Positions 39,428 to 49,530 of a stretch of 64,000 nt of DNA are shown piece by piece. The position numbers and the translations under genes were made by a program. The notes below the pieces were generated by a model. It was not told the DNA's origin. It saw only the letters and a program-made list of their open reading frames with translations, and did no database searches. Positions within the stretch are counted from its first letter, which is position 1. Every line of letters begins with the position of its first letter. This DNA comes from a virus. The stretch spans positions 33,075 to 97,074 of the IMG/VR virus record IMGVR_UViG_3300008050_000026. The stretch is one strand, 5' to 3'.

Positions 39428-41523
39428 TGTGGTCAATTGAAAGTATAAAAGCCCAAAACGTAATATCCTTTGAAAGTCTTGAGTTTGTTGTCCAGAATGG
39501 ACAAGCATTACCTATCGTAGGTCAGAACATTGATGATCTTGGCCAAGAAGCTAATGGTGCTGGAAAATCTGCCTTGTTTGAAATCGTATCCATGGGGATT
39601 ACTGGGGACTCGATGAGAAAGGTAAGTGTAAAGGAAAACATACAGGATGGTTTTGATGAAGCTTATGTTGAAATCTTATTGAATAACTCGACTATTAACA
39701 GTTCTTTGTTAATAACTAGAACGTTCAGGACAAAGAAATCTACTGTAATTTCAGTTGAATTGAATGGTAAGACACCCAATATCAAAACATCAGATAGTGG
39801 TGATCTTGATGGGCGTGAGGCTAATTTGTTCATTTTGGACACATTGGGGGTTACACGAGAAGATCTTTTCAATTACTATTTGATCTCACAGCAGAATTTC
39901 GTTTCATTCCTACAGGCTTCTGATACCAAGAAAAAGGAGATCATAAGTAGATTTTCAAATACCCAAACCATTGATAAGGTAATAGATTACATAGGTAGTG
40001 AACATATAGATCCACTTGGTGAGAAGCTTACAATCATTGAACAGCAACAAGTTGCCATAAATGCTAAGATCAGTGTAAGGAAAGAACAACTTGAAGAATT
40101 GAACGAAGGTGAGTTTGAAAGGTTGAAAAAGGAAAAGATCGATCAGCTCAAAGGAAATATAGAAGCATCAAAGATTTCCATAAAAAACCAAGGTGAAAAG
40201 ATTGATAGAATTATTGAACATTCAAAGGCAATAGATAAAGAGATCCTTGATATTGAAAAGAAACTTGAAACCGAAAAAGTAACGCTTGGTAAAATTGAAG
40301 ATGCTGGTAAGAAAGCAAAGGAAAAAAGCGATCAACTTCAAAGTAGTTTCCAAACTGAACGCGAAACACTTTTGAAATCAAGGACTGGAAAAATAAATGA
40401 GGCCTTAAACGAAGCAAAAGAAGATAATCAACTTCAAGATGGTGAGATTTCAAAATTGAAATCAGAATTAAGATCTATTGAAAATAGGTTGATGGGTTCC
40501 ATTACTTGTCCTGAATGTGAACATGAATTCAAGTTAGGTGAAGAGGTTTCAATGAAAGACCTATTGATCCAGAAACAAAAACTCAAAACTTCAATAGAAG
40601 AAGCTGAAGTCATTTCAGGTAAAATTGTCAATGCAATTGAAGCCAAACAAAAAGAACTAAATGAAGCTACCTTGGTTGTTACTAAGGAACTTGATCAATC
40701 ACGTGATGCAATTGACAAGCAGAAAGACGCCATTGACGAAATCAGGAATGATTTTAGAAATCAAGAGGTTGCTGTATTTGAAATCAAACATAAGTTACGT
40801 GCTGAAAATGCCAAGATAGTAACCAATAACAGTAGTATAAAATCAATTGAGGGGTACATTGATCAAGAAAAAGAAGGAATTGAAAGTTACCTACGAGCCA
40901 TTGAAATTGAACAAGAAAAAACATTAGGTACTAAGAAGGAGGAGATTGAAAATAAGATCGAAGAACTTGACGATGAATATCTTGACAAGGTAAATGAATT
41001 GGGAAGCCTTTCAGAAGAAAAGGACGAATATGACAATTGGATCCTTAGTTTCATGAAATTCAAGACCAGATTGGCTAACAATTCAATTAAGACAATTGAA
41101 ACTTTCGCCAACTTTTACCTTGGTAAAATGAAATCCAATATCAGGATAAGAATTGATGGTTATAAGACACTTGCATCAGGTCAGGTACGTGAAAAAATAT
41201 CAACAACAGTATTTAGAGATGGCATTGAAAAAGGAAGCTATGGAAAGTTTTCGGCAGGGGAACGTGCAAGGATCGATATTGCTGTAACAGCAGCATTGCA
41301 AAGCATTATCAATTCAGCATCAACATCTGGAGGTTTGAATATGTTATTCATGGATGAAATACTTGATGCAGTTGATACTTTGGGATTGAAAAGCATTACA
41401 CATGCACTTCAAAATCTTGGTATTACAATCATGATAGTAACCCAGAATACTATAGACCAACTTGGTGAAGGTTGCCTATTGGTTCAAAAGGAAAATGGGA
41501 AATCAAAAATATTGATACGATGA
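39427..41523 (+). CDS. Rad50/SbcC-like ATPase (gp46-like)
   Basis: Walker A NGAGKS, coiled coil with CPEC zinc hook, FSAGE signature, LFMDE Walker B. Confidence 0.93.
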   Translation: MWSIESIKAQNVISFESLEFVVQNGQALPIVGQNIDDLGQEANGAGKSALFEIVSMGITGDSMRKVSVKENIQDGFDEAYVEILLNNSTINSSLLITRTFRTKKSTVISVELNGKTPNIKTSDSGDLDGREANLFILDTLGVTREDLFNYYLISQQNFVSFLQASDTKKKEIISRFSNTQTIDKVIDYIGSEHIDPLGEKLTIIEQQQVAINAKISVRKEQLEELNEGEFERLKKEKIDQLKGNIEASKISIKNQGEKIDRIIEHSKAIDKEILDIEKKLETEKVTLGKIEDAGKKAKEKSDQLQSSFQTERETLLKSRTGKINEALNEAKEDNQLQDGEISKLKSELRSIENRLMGSITCPECEHEFKLGEEVSMKDLLIQKQKLKTSIEEAEVISGKIVNAIEAKQKELNEATLVVTKELDQSRDAIDKQKDAIDEIRNDFRNQEVAVFEIKHKLRAENAKIVTNNSSIKSIEGYIDQEKEGIESYLRAIEIEQEKTLGTKKEEIENKIEELDDEYLDKVNELGSLSEEKDEYDNWILSFMKFKTRLANNSIKTIETFANFYLGKMKSNIRIRIDGYKTLASGQVREKISTTVFRDGIEKGSYGKFSAGERARIDIAVTAALQSIINSASTSGGLNMLFMDEILDAVDTLGLKSITHALQNLGITIMIVTQNTIDQLGEGCLLVQKENGKSKILIR

Positions 41524-41780
41524 ATACTCAACTCGCAACACCTGAGAAAGTAGAAGACTGGTTATTAAGGTTTGATAGATACAGACCTGAATTTGAATGG
41601 TTCATGAAAGATTTTACGCCTGAGGATTATTCAAAGTTACTTGATGCAAGGGTAGAAAAGAAATCACAGTTGATGATGGATATTATGTGTAAGGTGTGGT
41701 TTGTACTACCAGACAACCAATTTAACATCATTAAAAATCCGAAGGGGTGGGGACCATTTTTAAGCTTAATTGAGCAATAA
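41520..41780 (+). CDS. hypothetical protein
   Basis: ATGA-coupled to the Rad50 stop. Confidence 0.55.
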   Translation: MNTQLATPEKVEDWLLRFDRYRPEFEWFMKDFTPEDYSKLLDARVEKKSQLMMDIMCKVWFVLPDNQFNIIKNPKGWGPFLSLIEQ

Positions 41781-41864
41781 TGAAGAAAATGCTAAAAATC
41801 CGCGTTGAGACTGGGCGCTATAACAGAGTTTTACAACAACGCTTGATATAATATATAAGGAAAA

Positions 41865-42089
41865 ATGGCTGATTTTTGTACAAAGTGTTCAAAGGATATG
41901 GGATTTCCAAAACCTGATATTGATGTTAAAAAGAAATTCGATGACCTTAAGAAAGGATATTTCATAAATGTTGGAGTTTGTGAAGGATGTGGTATGTTGG
42001 GTATTCAAAAAACAGAAGAAGGAAATATGCAAATTGCCTTCGCTGATAAACAGGATTGGGTTGACGCTAAAATCGAGGATTATGAGTAA
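41865..42089 (+). CDS. small zinc-binding protein
   Basis: CTKC...CEGC. Confidence 0.6.
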   Translation: MADFCTKCSKDMGFPKPDIDVKKKFDDLKKGYFINVGVCEGCGMLGIQKTEEGNMQIAFADKQDWVDAKIEDYE

Positions 42090-42630
42090 ATTGTACATAG
42101 GAATAGACCCTGGGAAAAATGGTGGCATTGTCGCCAAGATAGATGGGCAAATAGTTGAAAGCATAGTTATGCCAACAAAAGCAAAATTCTACTTGACTGG
42201 TGAGATCAATGGAATATTCACTAACTTAATTGAAACGTTCTCAGAAGATGGGGATGTTCTTGTATGTTTTGAGGATATACATTCGATGCATAGAAATGGA
42301 GCATCTGCTAATTTTGGTATGGGTTTTGCTTCTGGTTATCTTGAAGGATTATGTACAGGTATGGGATTGCCTTTCGTAAAGGTCCAGCCAAAGAAGTGGC
42401 AGGAATATTGTTGGCAAGGTATTCAACCCATCAAGATCAATACTGGTGAGAAAACAGCAAAAGGAAATATCAAATACAAAATTGATACAAAAGGAACATC
42501 ATTAGTAGCAGTTCAAAGGTTATATCCAACTGCAGATCTAACAGGACGAGGAAGAGATCGAGCAACAAAACCCCATGATGGTGTAGTAGATGGATTATTG
42601 ATATGTCATTATGCTGAAAACAATTTGTAA
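42082..42630 (+). CDS. RuvC-like Holliday junction resolvase
   Basis: YIGIDPG, 'CFED', 'VQPKKWQ', 'HDGVVDGLLI'. Confidence 0.85.
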   Translation: MSKLYIGIDPGKNGGIVAKIDGQIVESIVMPTKAKFYLTGEINGIFTNLIETFSEDGDVLVCFEDIHSMHRNGASANFGMGFASGYLEGLCTGMGLPFVKVQPKKWQEYCWQGIQPIKINTGEKTAKGNIKYKIDTKGTSLVAVQRLYPTADLTGRGRDRATKPHDGVVDGLLICHYAENNL

Positions 42631-42890
42631 TGCACAAATCAAAGGAATTGGTAACTTTCAAATACGACAACATAACAGTTGGGCTTATAGAAACTCCTGT
42701 TACTAATGGTTGGGGTAGGTTGAGGGGTTATTCAAAAAATGTAGGTTGGAAAGTAGATGGTGCACATGGTTATTGTTTGATATATGACTTAACGTTTAGA
42801 GATAAGAAACTTGAAACGCTTATGAAAACATTCAATAATATGGTAAAAGAAGTAAGAAACGGAAAAATCAAATTTTCATGCAAAAAATAG
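42630..42890 (+). CDS. hypothetical protein
   Basis: 86-aa TAATG-coupled ORF. Confidence 0.5.
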   Translation: MHKSKELVTFKYDNITVGLIETPVTNGWGRLRGYSKNVGWKVDGAHGYCLIYDLTFRDKKLETLMKTFNNMVKEVRNGKIKFSCKK

Positions 42891-43222
42891 ATGCCGAAAT
42901 AGGCAAGAACGGATTTAAGTACAAGCAAGTTCATGAAGGTGAGAACTTCTACATCTACGAACAACGAATACCTGAGAATGGTAATAAGATCATTGCTTAT
43001 GAAGTATTCGAAAAGAAAATAGCCAAGGAACGAGAAACTGAATGGGCAAACATGCCAGAACGAGAAATATTTCCATCAAATGAAGCATTTGGTGTATGGG
43101 CGTGGTCCATGGCTGTCAAAGGTGACAACGCCGAAAAAGGGCTCGCGCGCGCTATGGAGAGGGGGTTGGAAATTAACGAGAGGATAAAACTAAGAGAAAA
43201 TGAGCAGGAAGCAACTACGTGA
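42878..43222 (+). CDS. hypothetical phage protein
   Basis: 114 aa; 'YEVF...EIFPSNEAFGVWAWS'. Confidence 0.6.
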   Translation: MQKIDAEIGKNGFKYKQVHEGENFYIYEQRIPENGNKIIAYEVFEKKIAKERETEWANMPEREIFPSNEAFGVWAWSMAVKGDNAEKGLARAMERGLEINERIKLRENEQEATT

Positions 43223-43520
43223 ATGGGAGTTCAAGTGCAACAATAAAGATTGTGAAGTTGACAAGATCAAGAAGTACAAATGGTCTGACAACGAAGAACA
43301 AGAGCAATGTCCAGAATGTGGGGAAGAACTAAGGTTGCACATTGAGTATGTCAATGAAGGTCCTATGATCATGACATCGAAGTTCAAGAACAAGGGAAGA
43401 CCACGAGCTGAAGCACGTTCAAGAAGTCTCAATCATTTCAAGAAGGATGTTTATGATACATTACCAATGTGGGAAAGGAAACATTTCGCAAAGAAGCACG
43501 GTTGGAGCCTAAAGCGATAA
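43200..43520 (+). CDS. FmdB-like zinc-ribbon protein
   Basis: 'WEFKCNNKDC...CPECG'. Confidence 0.6.
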   Translation: MSRKQLREWEFKCNNKDCEVDKIKKYKWSDNEEQEQCPECGEELRLHIEYVNEGPMIMTSKFKNKGRPRAEARSRSLNHFKKDVYDTLPMWERKHFAKKHGWSLKR

Positions 43521-44332
43521 AATACCTGAAAGGTTCATTTAAGCACGCTAACGAACTGGGGTGTGTAAAGGAACTTTTGATGTACTTGCAGTTGAAGCAA
43601 GTGAACCCCCATGGTAAGATCATGTATGGCAAATCCATTGAGACAATCATGGGGTTGACTGGTTATTCGTCAGGCGGGACATGCAAAACGCTTCGATCAA
43701 CTATTGATAAAGGTTTCATCAAGGAATTTAAGACCAAGGACGGTAAAACTTATTGTTACCAGTTAGTTTCATACGTCCACGCATACAGGAGGATCCTGAT
43801 GATGAAGTTCAGACTTGATCGGGGAGCAATTCCAGAACATAGACTAATAAGGATAAAAGCAAAATTCATAAATGATAGCAAACAATTAAAGAAGATCATC
43901 CAAGCATCGGAGATCAAGAACAACATTGATCGCCAACTGTTCAGGTTCGAGCAGAAGGAACAGCTAAGGAAATACTCAAAGAACGACATCGTTTCGCAGG
44001 TGGAAGAACATGAATGTGTCAAAGCCGCAATATCCTGTCGACGATTACGAGAAATTCTTGGGTACAAGACCACAGCTGCAATTCTGAAAGTGCTAAAACA
44101 ATTGGAAGAGTGTAGTTTGTTAATAGTTACCAGACAAGGTATTCAGGACATAGTAAAGATGAGCTATCAGAAGTTCAAGGATACTGGAAGCCTAAAGAAC
44201 TATTCATTCAAATCGGGCCACGCATATCGGTACGGTTGTAATTTGTTGCAGATTGACAGCAAGCTTGAATATATCTATTTACACAACTCACACTCTAATG
44301 ATTTCGATACTCGAAATTATCAGCATGTTTGA
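43469..44332 (+). CDS. putative DNA-binding protein with two winged-HTH-like segments
   Basis: 'SIETIMGLTGYSSGGTCKTLRSTIDKGFI' and 'SCRRLREILGYKTTAAILKVLKQLEECSLL'; start uncertain. Confidence 0.5.
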   Translation: MGKETFRKEARLEPKAIKYLKGSFKHANELGCVKELLMYLQLKQVNPHGKIMYGKSIETIMGLTGYSSGGTCKTLRSTIDKGFIKEFKTKDGKTYCYQLVSYVHAYRRILMMKFRLDRGAIPEHRLIRIKAKFINDSKQLKKIIQASEIKNNIDRQLFRFEQKEQLRKYSKNDIVSQVEEHECVKAAISCRRLREILGYKTTAAILKVLKQLEECSLLIVTRQGIQDIVKMSYQKFKDTGSLKNYSFKSGHAYRYGCNLLQIDSKLEYIYLHNSHSNDFDTRNYQHV

Positions 44333-44401
44333 AAAGGTGATTTTCACTTTTGTAAACTATCATATTAGCATAAATGCTAATTAGTAAAAAGCAAAGCTTG
44401 T

Positions 44402-44779
44402 TTGAAACAAAGAAAAGAAGACGTACGTAAGTTCACTGAAGAGGAAAAGGAAGACATGATATTCAAGCATGTCTATGAAGACTGGTCTATAGCGAGTTTA
44501 CAGCATAAGTACTACGCGTCTTATGGAGAAATAAATAAAGCACTTTCATTTAATCTTGATAGAATATCGAAAGACAAAGACTTCAAGACATATATTGAAA
44601 ACAGACGATATATAGTACTCATAGAAAGACTTGAAAAAAGAATTGATAGTTACGTTAGTTACTTACTATCAGAAGAAGGCCAATTAGAAATAACTGCAAA
44701 GCAATACAAAAAGATAGCAGATGAAATATCCAAAATTCAAAAGATGATCAATAAACATAAAGCAAAATCGGTAATATGA
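44402..44779 (+). CDS. hypothetical HTH-like protein
   Basis: 'WSIASLQHKYYASYGEINKAL' followed by a coiled coil. Confidence 0.5.
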   Translation: MKQRKEDVRKFTEEEKEDMIFKHVYEDWSIASLQHKYYASYGEINKALSFNLDRISKDKDFKTYIENRRYIVLIERLEKRIDSYVSYLLSEEGQLEITAKQYKKIADEISKIQKMINKHKAKSVI

Positions 44780-46248
44780 AATTTTCAAACCTACAAGAGA
44801 ATATCTTCAATGCAATAATCTATACAGAACATGACGTGTGCGTCAATGCAGCGCCTGGGTCAGGTAAAACAACAACTATTGTTGAAGCCTCCAGAAGAGT
44901 AGCCCCAAGCCTCGCATCCTTGTTCTTGGCTTTCAACAAGGGAATTGTTACTGAACTGACCGAGAAATTACCTCCACACGTCGAATGCAGTACACTCCAT
45001 TCGAAAGGAATGAAGGCACTCATTAAGACCTATGGTAAATTGGCAGTCAGTGAGTCTAAGACGTTCTTCCTTTCCGAACATATTATCAACAAGAAATCTG
45101 GATTGAACGAAAAGAAGAAGATAATCTTAAGGTTAAGGCTTCAAGATCTTATGAATTATGCCCGCCTTCATTTAGTAGATAAGACCAAAGAAGCATTTGA
45201 AACTATTTGTATCAGGTATGGACTTGACTATGATGATGAATTCATTCAGGATGGATTTGAAATGTGGGATTACCTGAAAGAATACAATGAAAGGTTCAGG
45301 TATGGTTCAAATCAGATTGACTATACAGATATGATCTACCTGCCAGTCACAGATGAAGATGTCCTACTCGATAGTTATGATGTCATATTTGTAGATGAAG
45401 GCCAAGATCTAAATAAGTTACAACATACATTTGTCAGGATGATGTCCGAAAAAGGACGTGTGATACTTGTTGGAGATAAGAACCAAGCAATCTATGCGTT
45501 CTGTGGAGCAGATATTGACAGCTTCATAAATTTTGAGAACTCGAACAATACAGTTTCACTACCTTTGTCCATTTCATACAGATGTCCGAAGCTTGTAGTT
45601 GAAAAGGCACAGGAGGTCTATAAATCAATCGATCCTTTTGAAGATCAGGAACAAGGCATTGTAAGAAATGGCATTCCTGAAGAAATCAAGGATGGTGATT
45701 TTGTATTATGCAGGAACGTGCGTCCATTGGTACTCATGTTCTTCAGGTTATTGGAAAGGGGCCTCAAAGCAGAGATCAAAGGACATGAGGTATTAGAAGC
45801 TATCAAACGGGAAATCAAAGCACAGATCGCCCACGATGTTGATAAAGGAGTTGACAAGATGTTGGAAAAGCTGGGGAGGATCCACGAAGAACTGAAGAAG
45901 AAGAATATCAAATCACCATTGAAACACCCCAAGTTTGTCAATCATCAGGAGAAAATCCAAATTGTAAGGCACTTGATAAATTGTACAGGCGTGAGATCCA
46001 TGCGTGCATTGTTCCAAGAATTCAATTCTATGCTTGAGGCTAAAGGAACAATCAAACTCATGACAATCCATAAGTCTAAGGGACTTGAGAATGATAGGAT
46101 ATTCCTGATTGAAAGATTTGAAGGCAAAAGACTGATACCAAGTCAATATGCCACCACCCCTGCCCAATTAAGGCAAGAAAACAACCTTTTGTTTGTAGCA
46201 TATACCAGATCCATGAAGGAATTGATCACAATACCCAATTTTGAATAA
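44776..46248 (+). CDS. UvrD/Rep-family SF1 helicase
   Basis: AAPGSGKT, VDEGQD, VGDKNQAIY, SYRCP, TIHKSKGLE, VAYTR. Confidence 0.93.
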   Translation: MKFSNLQENIFNAIIYTEHDVCVNAAPGSGKTTTIVEASRRVAPSLASLFLAFNKGIVTELTEKLPPHVECSTLHSKGMKALIKTYGKLAVSESKTFFLSEHIINKKSGLNEKKKIILRLRLQDLMNYARLHLVDKTKEAFETICIRYGLDYDDEFIQDGFEMWDYLKEYNERFRYGSNQIDYTDMIYLPVTDEDVLLDSYDVIFVDEGQDLNKLQHTFVRMMSEKGRVILVGDKNQAIYAFCGADIDSFINFENSNNTVSLPLSISYRCPKLVVEKAQEVYKSIDPFEDQEQGIVRNGIPEEIKDGDFVLCRNVRPLVLMFFRLLERGLKAEIKGHEVLEAIKREIKAQIAHDVDKGVDKMLEKLGRIHEELKKKNIKSPLKHPKFVNHQEKIQIVRHLINCTGVRSMRALFQEFNSMLEAKGTIKLMTIHKSKGLENDRIFLIERFEGKRLIPSQYATTPAQLRQENNLLFVAYTRSMKELITIPNFE

Positions 46249-46295
46249 AAAAATAATAAATTATTATTCTATGTCAAGATAATTGTTTATTTTAG
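46247..46295 (+). promoter_or_regulatory. second promoter class, copy 1 (8-1-8 palindrome plus AATTGTTTA.TTTAG)
   Basis: ~48-bp element nearly identical to 47719-47766. Confidence 0.6.
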
Positions 46296-46318
46296 ATCTG
46301 TAATTAAAACAGATCGAT

Positions 46319-46618
46319 ATGAACGCAACACAGGCATACAAAAAAGTGGACGAATTCGGGGTTGATTTCAGCTTCGCCACTCCGTCCGATTTCGAACAAG
46401 CTAAAAAGGATAGATATGATTTCGATTTCACAGGGGCTCGGATCCATATAAAATGGAAGGGCTTAAGTGGAACACATTCGTTTCCATTGAACTCTCGCGA
46501 AGAGGCTGCATTCACGGTCCTTGTTTTGGATCTGAAAAAGGAATATGAAACTTGGAACCTATCACAGGAAACCAGCTTCCACCTTAGGGGTGATGATACT
46601 TTAGAACTACAATCTTAA
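46319..46618 (+). CDS. hypothetical protein
   Basis: 99-aa ORF after the promoter-like element. Confidence 0.55.
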   Translation: MNATQAYKKVDEFGVDFSFATPSDFEQAKKDRYDFDFTGARIHIKWKGLSGTHSFPLNSREEAAFTVLVLDLKKEYETWNLSQETSFHLRGDDTLELQS

Positions 46619-46628
46619 AACCATAGAT

Positions 46629-47216
46629 ATGAAAAAGAAACAATCGTTAATCTACTCGATGCTCAACCAATGGGTTGACAAAAAATTCGGTGGCCAATTC
46701 GAGGGCCATTACACTGGGATCGAAACCCTGGAGGTCAAAGGACCTTTTGGTGGGAACCAATTCATATATATCCAACGGGATGCCAAAACCCACGACCTCA
46801 ACTACCTCAGGTTTGACCTGACTATCAGACCATTCAAGGAACGATGGAAATCATTCGGTATCAACAACCTTGGTTTCAAATGGAAATACACCAACGAACT
46901 GGAAAGATGGTGGATGCATGTTTCATTTGTCAAAAGCTTGGATGTAACAGGCATGCACTGGAAAAAGGTTTTTCCAAAGATCCACGAATGGTGGACTGAT
47001 TACAACAACCCATATACTTTTATGGATCACAATGAGGAAACAGGGGAACCAATTCCATTAGATAAACCCCCGCTTTGGAAATACTTTTACCAGATGTGGA
47101 AAATGGAAAAATTCCAAAAAGTATGTACTCACCCAAACGCAGAAATGGAAGATTACTACTCGGAGTCTCAAGGTCGAGTTACTAACTTCTACTGCCCAAC
47201 ATGTCACTTATCATAA
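46629..47216 (+). CDS. hypothetical protein
   Basis: 195 aa, Trp-rich, C-terminal CTH...CPTC. Confidence 0.6.
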   Translation: MKKKQSLIYSMLNQWVDKKFGGQFEGHYTGIETLEVKGPFGGNQFIYIQRDAKTHDLNYLRFDLTIRPFKERWKSFGINNLGFKWKYTNELERWWMHVSFVKSLDVTGMHWKKVFPKIHEWWTDYNNPYTFMDHNEETGEPIPLDKPPLWKYFYQMWKMEKFQKVCTHPNAEMEDYYSESQGRVTNFYCPTCHLS

Positions 47217-47728
47217 TCATGGGACAAAAACGAAAAGATTGGAAAAAGAAAAATTCACCTCAACCTTGGGGTGAATGGGAGGATGGTTTCGTACCAGCCA
47301 AAGCCATTGAATTATCACCCAGGCTTGAAGGTAGTACAATTAAGATGAATAACCACTTTCAGGTTTGGATCCGAGAAGAAAAAGGAAAAGAAGGTTGGCC
47401 TGATATGATATGGTTGTCAATCAAGCGCCATGATAAGGAAGCATTTCACGACTGGCGTATTTTCCAAAGAATAAAGAATGAATTGGTTGGGGAGGAAAAT
47501 GAGGCAGTGGAGATCTATCCTGCAGAGTCAAGGAAAGTGGACACAGCCAACCAATATCACCTGTGGGTAATGAAAGATCCAGAAGTCAGGTTTCCTTTTG
47601 GTTTCTTTGATGGAAGAATTGTGGATTACACAGGTGAACTACAAAAGGATCTGGCACCAAACGCCAAACAACGCCCTTTGGATAGCAACTCAAATTACAT
47701 TAGGGATATCGAAATTGAAAAAAAATAA
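47201..47728 (+). CDS. conserved phage hypothetical protein
   Basis: 'WLSIKR...DWRIFQRIKNELVG...AVEIYPAESRKVDTANQYHLW' motif. Confidence 0.65.
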   Translation: MSLIIIMGQKRKDWKKKNSPQPWGEWEDGFVPAKAIELSPRLEGSTIKMNNHFQVWIREEKGKEGWPDMIWLSIKRHDKEAFHDWRIFQRIKNELVGEENEAVEIYPAESRKVDTANQYHLWVMKDPEVRFPFGFFDGRIVDYTGELQKDLAPNAKQRPLDSNSNYIRDIEIEKK

Positions 47729-47766
47729 TAAATTATTATTTTATATCAAAAAATTGTTTAATTTAG
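47719..47766 (+). promoter_or_regulatory. second promoter class, copy 2
   Basis: Near-identical to 46247-46295; ATG 5 nt downstream. Confidence 0.6.
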
Positions 47767-47770
47767 GATC

Positions 47771-47962
47771 ATGAAAAAACATCAAACAGGCCCACATCAG
47801 AAGAAAGCTATACAGCGATTAACCTCCCGACATGATGGAGCGTATTTAACAGGACTTCAAGATATGTGCATATTGATGCATTTTCAACATGATCCAAAGA
47901 AAAAGCCTCTTACAGTTGAACAGGCTAATAATAGGATTGCATTATCAATACTTTATAACTAA
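47771..47962 (+). CDS. hypothetical protein
   Basis: 63-aa ORF directly after the promoter element. Confidence 0.5.
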   Translation: MKKHQTGPHQKKAIQRLTSRHDGAYLTGLQDMCILMHFQHDPKKKPLTVEQANNRIALSILYN

Positions 47963-47972
47963 ATCATAAATC

Positions 47973-48797
47973 ATGAAAACAGATCGCAAAAAAATGTTGC
48001 TCCCTGTGGAGATGGTTGATACCAAAACGGTGTTACCAAACTTCGCAGTAACACACAAAAGGGAAAAGACGATTATCGTCACAAAAAAAGAAGGCCCAAA
48101 AATTGTTCATTTCGCTGGACCCAAATACAATCTGGTTCCAATGTCTGAAATTTTACTACCTTTCGAAAGGGATTTGAAATCTCTTGGTAAATTCGAATGT
48201 AAATACAATGTCTATGATGATGCTGTATTTTACCTTGATTATGTATTCACAGATAATGTGTTTTCGGTTGGAAAGGAAAGAAAGTACAAGAAATCTGATG
48301 GGATAACACCCAAACTCAAATTAGCCCATTCCTATAATGGTTGGATCAAATTCAACTTGAAGTTCGGATACGAAAGGCTCGTTTGTGAGAATGGTCTAAC
48401 GGTTTTCGACTACAAAGGAGGTTTCAGCGTAAAGCACACCGAACAACTTGCTGAAGGTAATGCCTTCAAAATGTGCAAGGAGGCAATTCAGGAATTTCTG
48501 GATGAGTCAAAGATCCTTTGGAAACCATACGAGGAACTATCAACTCAGGTAGTTACCAATTGGGAAGAAAGGATCCTCGAAATCATCACAGCTGTACCTG
48601 GGTTACCAAAAAGGGAAGCTGGCCAGAATTACATCAAGGAAGTTGTGGCTCGGGAAATGGATCATTTCGGTGTCAAAGAGGCTGATGATTGGTTGATTTA
48701 CAATGGAATTAACAATTTCATTAACCACGAATCTACTGCGGACCAAGAATACAAACAAAAACTGGATGCTAAGGTTCTTGAATTTGTGATGGCATAA
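47973..48797 (+). CDS. DUF932/DUF945-like protein
   Basis: 'HSYNG', 'RLVCENG', 'KHT', 'WLIYNGIN'. Confidence 0.7.
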   Translation: MKTDRKKMLLPVEMVDTKTVLPNFAVTHKREKTIIVTKKEGPKIVHFAGPKYNLVPMSEILLPFERDLKSLGKFECKYNVYDDAVFYLDYVFTDNVFSVGKERKYKKSDGITPKLKLAHSYNGWIKFNLKFGYERLVCENGLTVFDYKGGFSVKHTEQLAEGNAFKMCKEAIQEFLDESKILWKPYEELSTQVVTNWEERILEIITAVPGLPKREAGQNYIKEVVAREMDHFGVKEADDWLIYNGINNFINHESTADQEYKQKLDAKVLEFVMA

Positions 48798-48823
48798 CAA
48801 TCACATCTTCTATTTTCTTAATC

Positions 48824-48846
48824 AAAGGGGCTTTGCCCCTTTTTTT
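48824..48846 (+). terminator. intrinsic terminator
   Basis: AAAGGGGC-TTT-GCCCCTTT followed by a T tract. Confidence 0.85.
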
Positions 48847-48867
48847 AATAAGTAATGATTATTTTTG
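48846..48867 (+). promoter_or_regulatory. conserved 22-bp phage promoter motif
   Basis: TAATAA-GTAA-TGATTA-TTTTTG at the head of the packaging operon. Confidence 0.7.
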
Positions 48868-48873
48868 ATGTCA

Positions 48874-49530
48874 ATGGAAATCAACAATTTCAAAGTATCT
48901 AAGCCAACATTCATTAAATCAAAGGAACAATGGAGGTTGATCAAACGAGATAATAATGACAAGGTACTTGAAAGGTTGTTCTTTGATACAAAAGAGGAGG
49001 CCGATACTATTTACATCCATTTGAAAACAGAACAAGGTGCAAAGATCAAGGCTGACGAGATTTCTTCTTCTGATAAAAACAAATCATTAGCAAAAACTGG
49101 AGATGCTAAGATCAAGGTACTTACAGCCCACGATACTATGTTTGATATGTTAGTGTCTGGTTCTGCAAGATCTACTATTGTTGAAAAATGCATGGTTGAT
49201 TTTAAGATCAATAGAAGCCAAGCGTTATTGATCCTGAAAGAAGTACTTGATACTGTGACATTATTCACACTTTCAAATATTGATGATATTATACCCATCC
49301 ACGTAAAAAGATACGAGGACATTTATGCTGCTGCTGAAACTGCTGGCTTTGATAAGTTGGCTTTGAAAGCATTGAATGCTAAGGAAAAATTGATTGGAAT
49401 GTCCAACAATAATGTTGAGGTTATCATCAACCAAGACAATTTCATTCAGGAATACAATTTTGACGATATTATTTTGAATAAGGAGGAGACAAATAAATTT
49501 GACCAAATCATGAAAAAAGCAAAAATCTAA
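48874..49530 (+). CDS. putative terminase small subunit-like protein (paralogue A)
   Basis: HTH-like segment then 'ALKALNAKEKLIGM'; similar to 53519..54436; start uncertain (48865/48868/48874). Confidence 0.45.
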   Translation: MEINNFKVSKPTFIKSKEQWRLIKRDNNDKVLERLFFDTKEEADTIYIHLKTEQGAKIKADEISSSDKNKSLAKTGDAKIKVLTAHDTMFDMLVSGSARSTIVEKCMVDFKINRSQALLILKEVLDTVTLFTLSNIDDIIPIHVKRYEDIYAAAETAGFDKLALKALNAKEKLIGMSNNNVEVIINQDNFIQEYNFDDIILNKEETNKFDQIMKKAKI

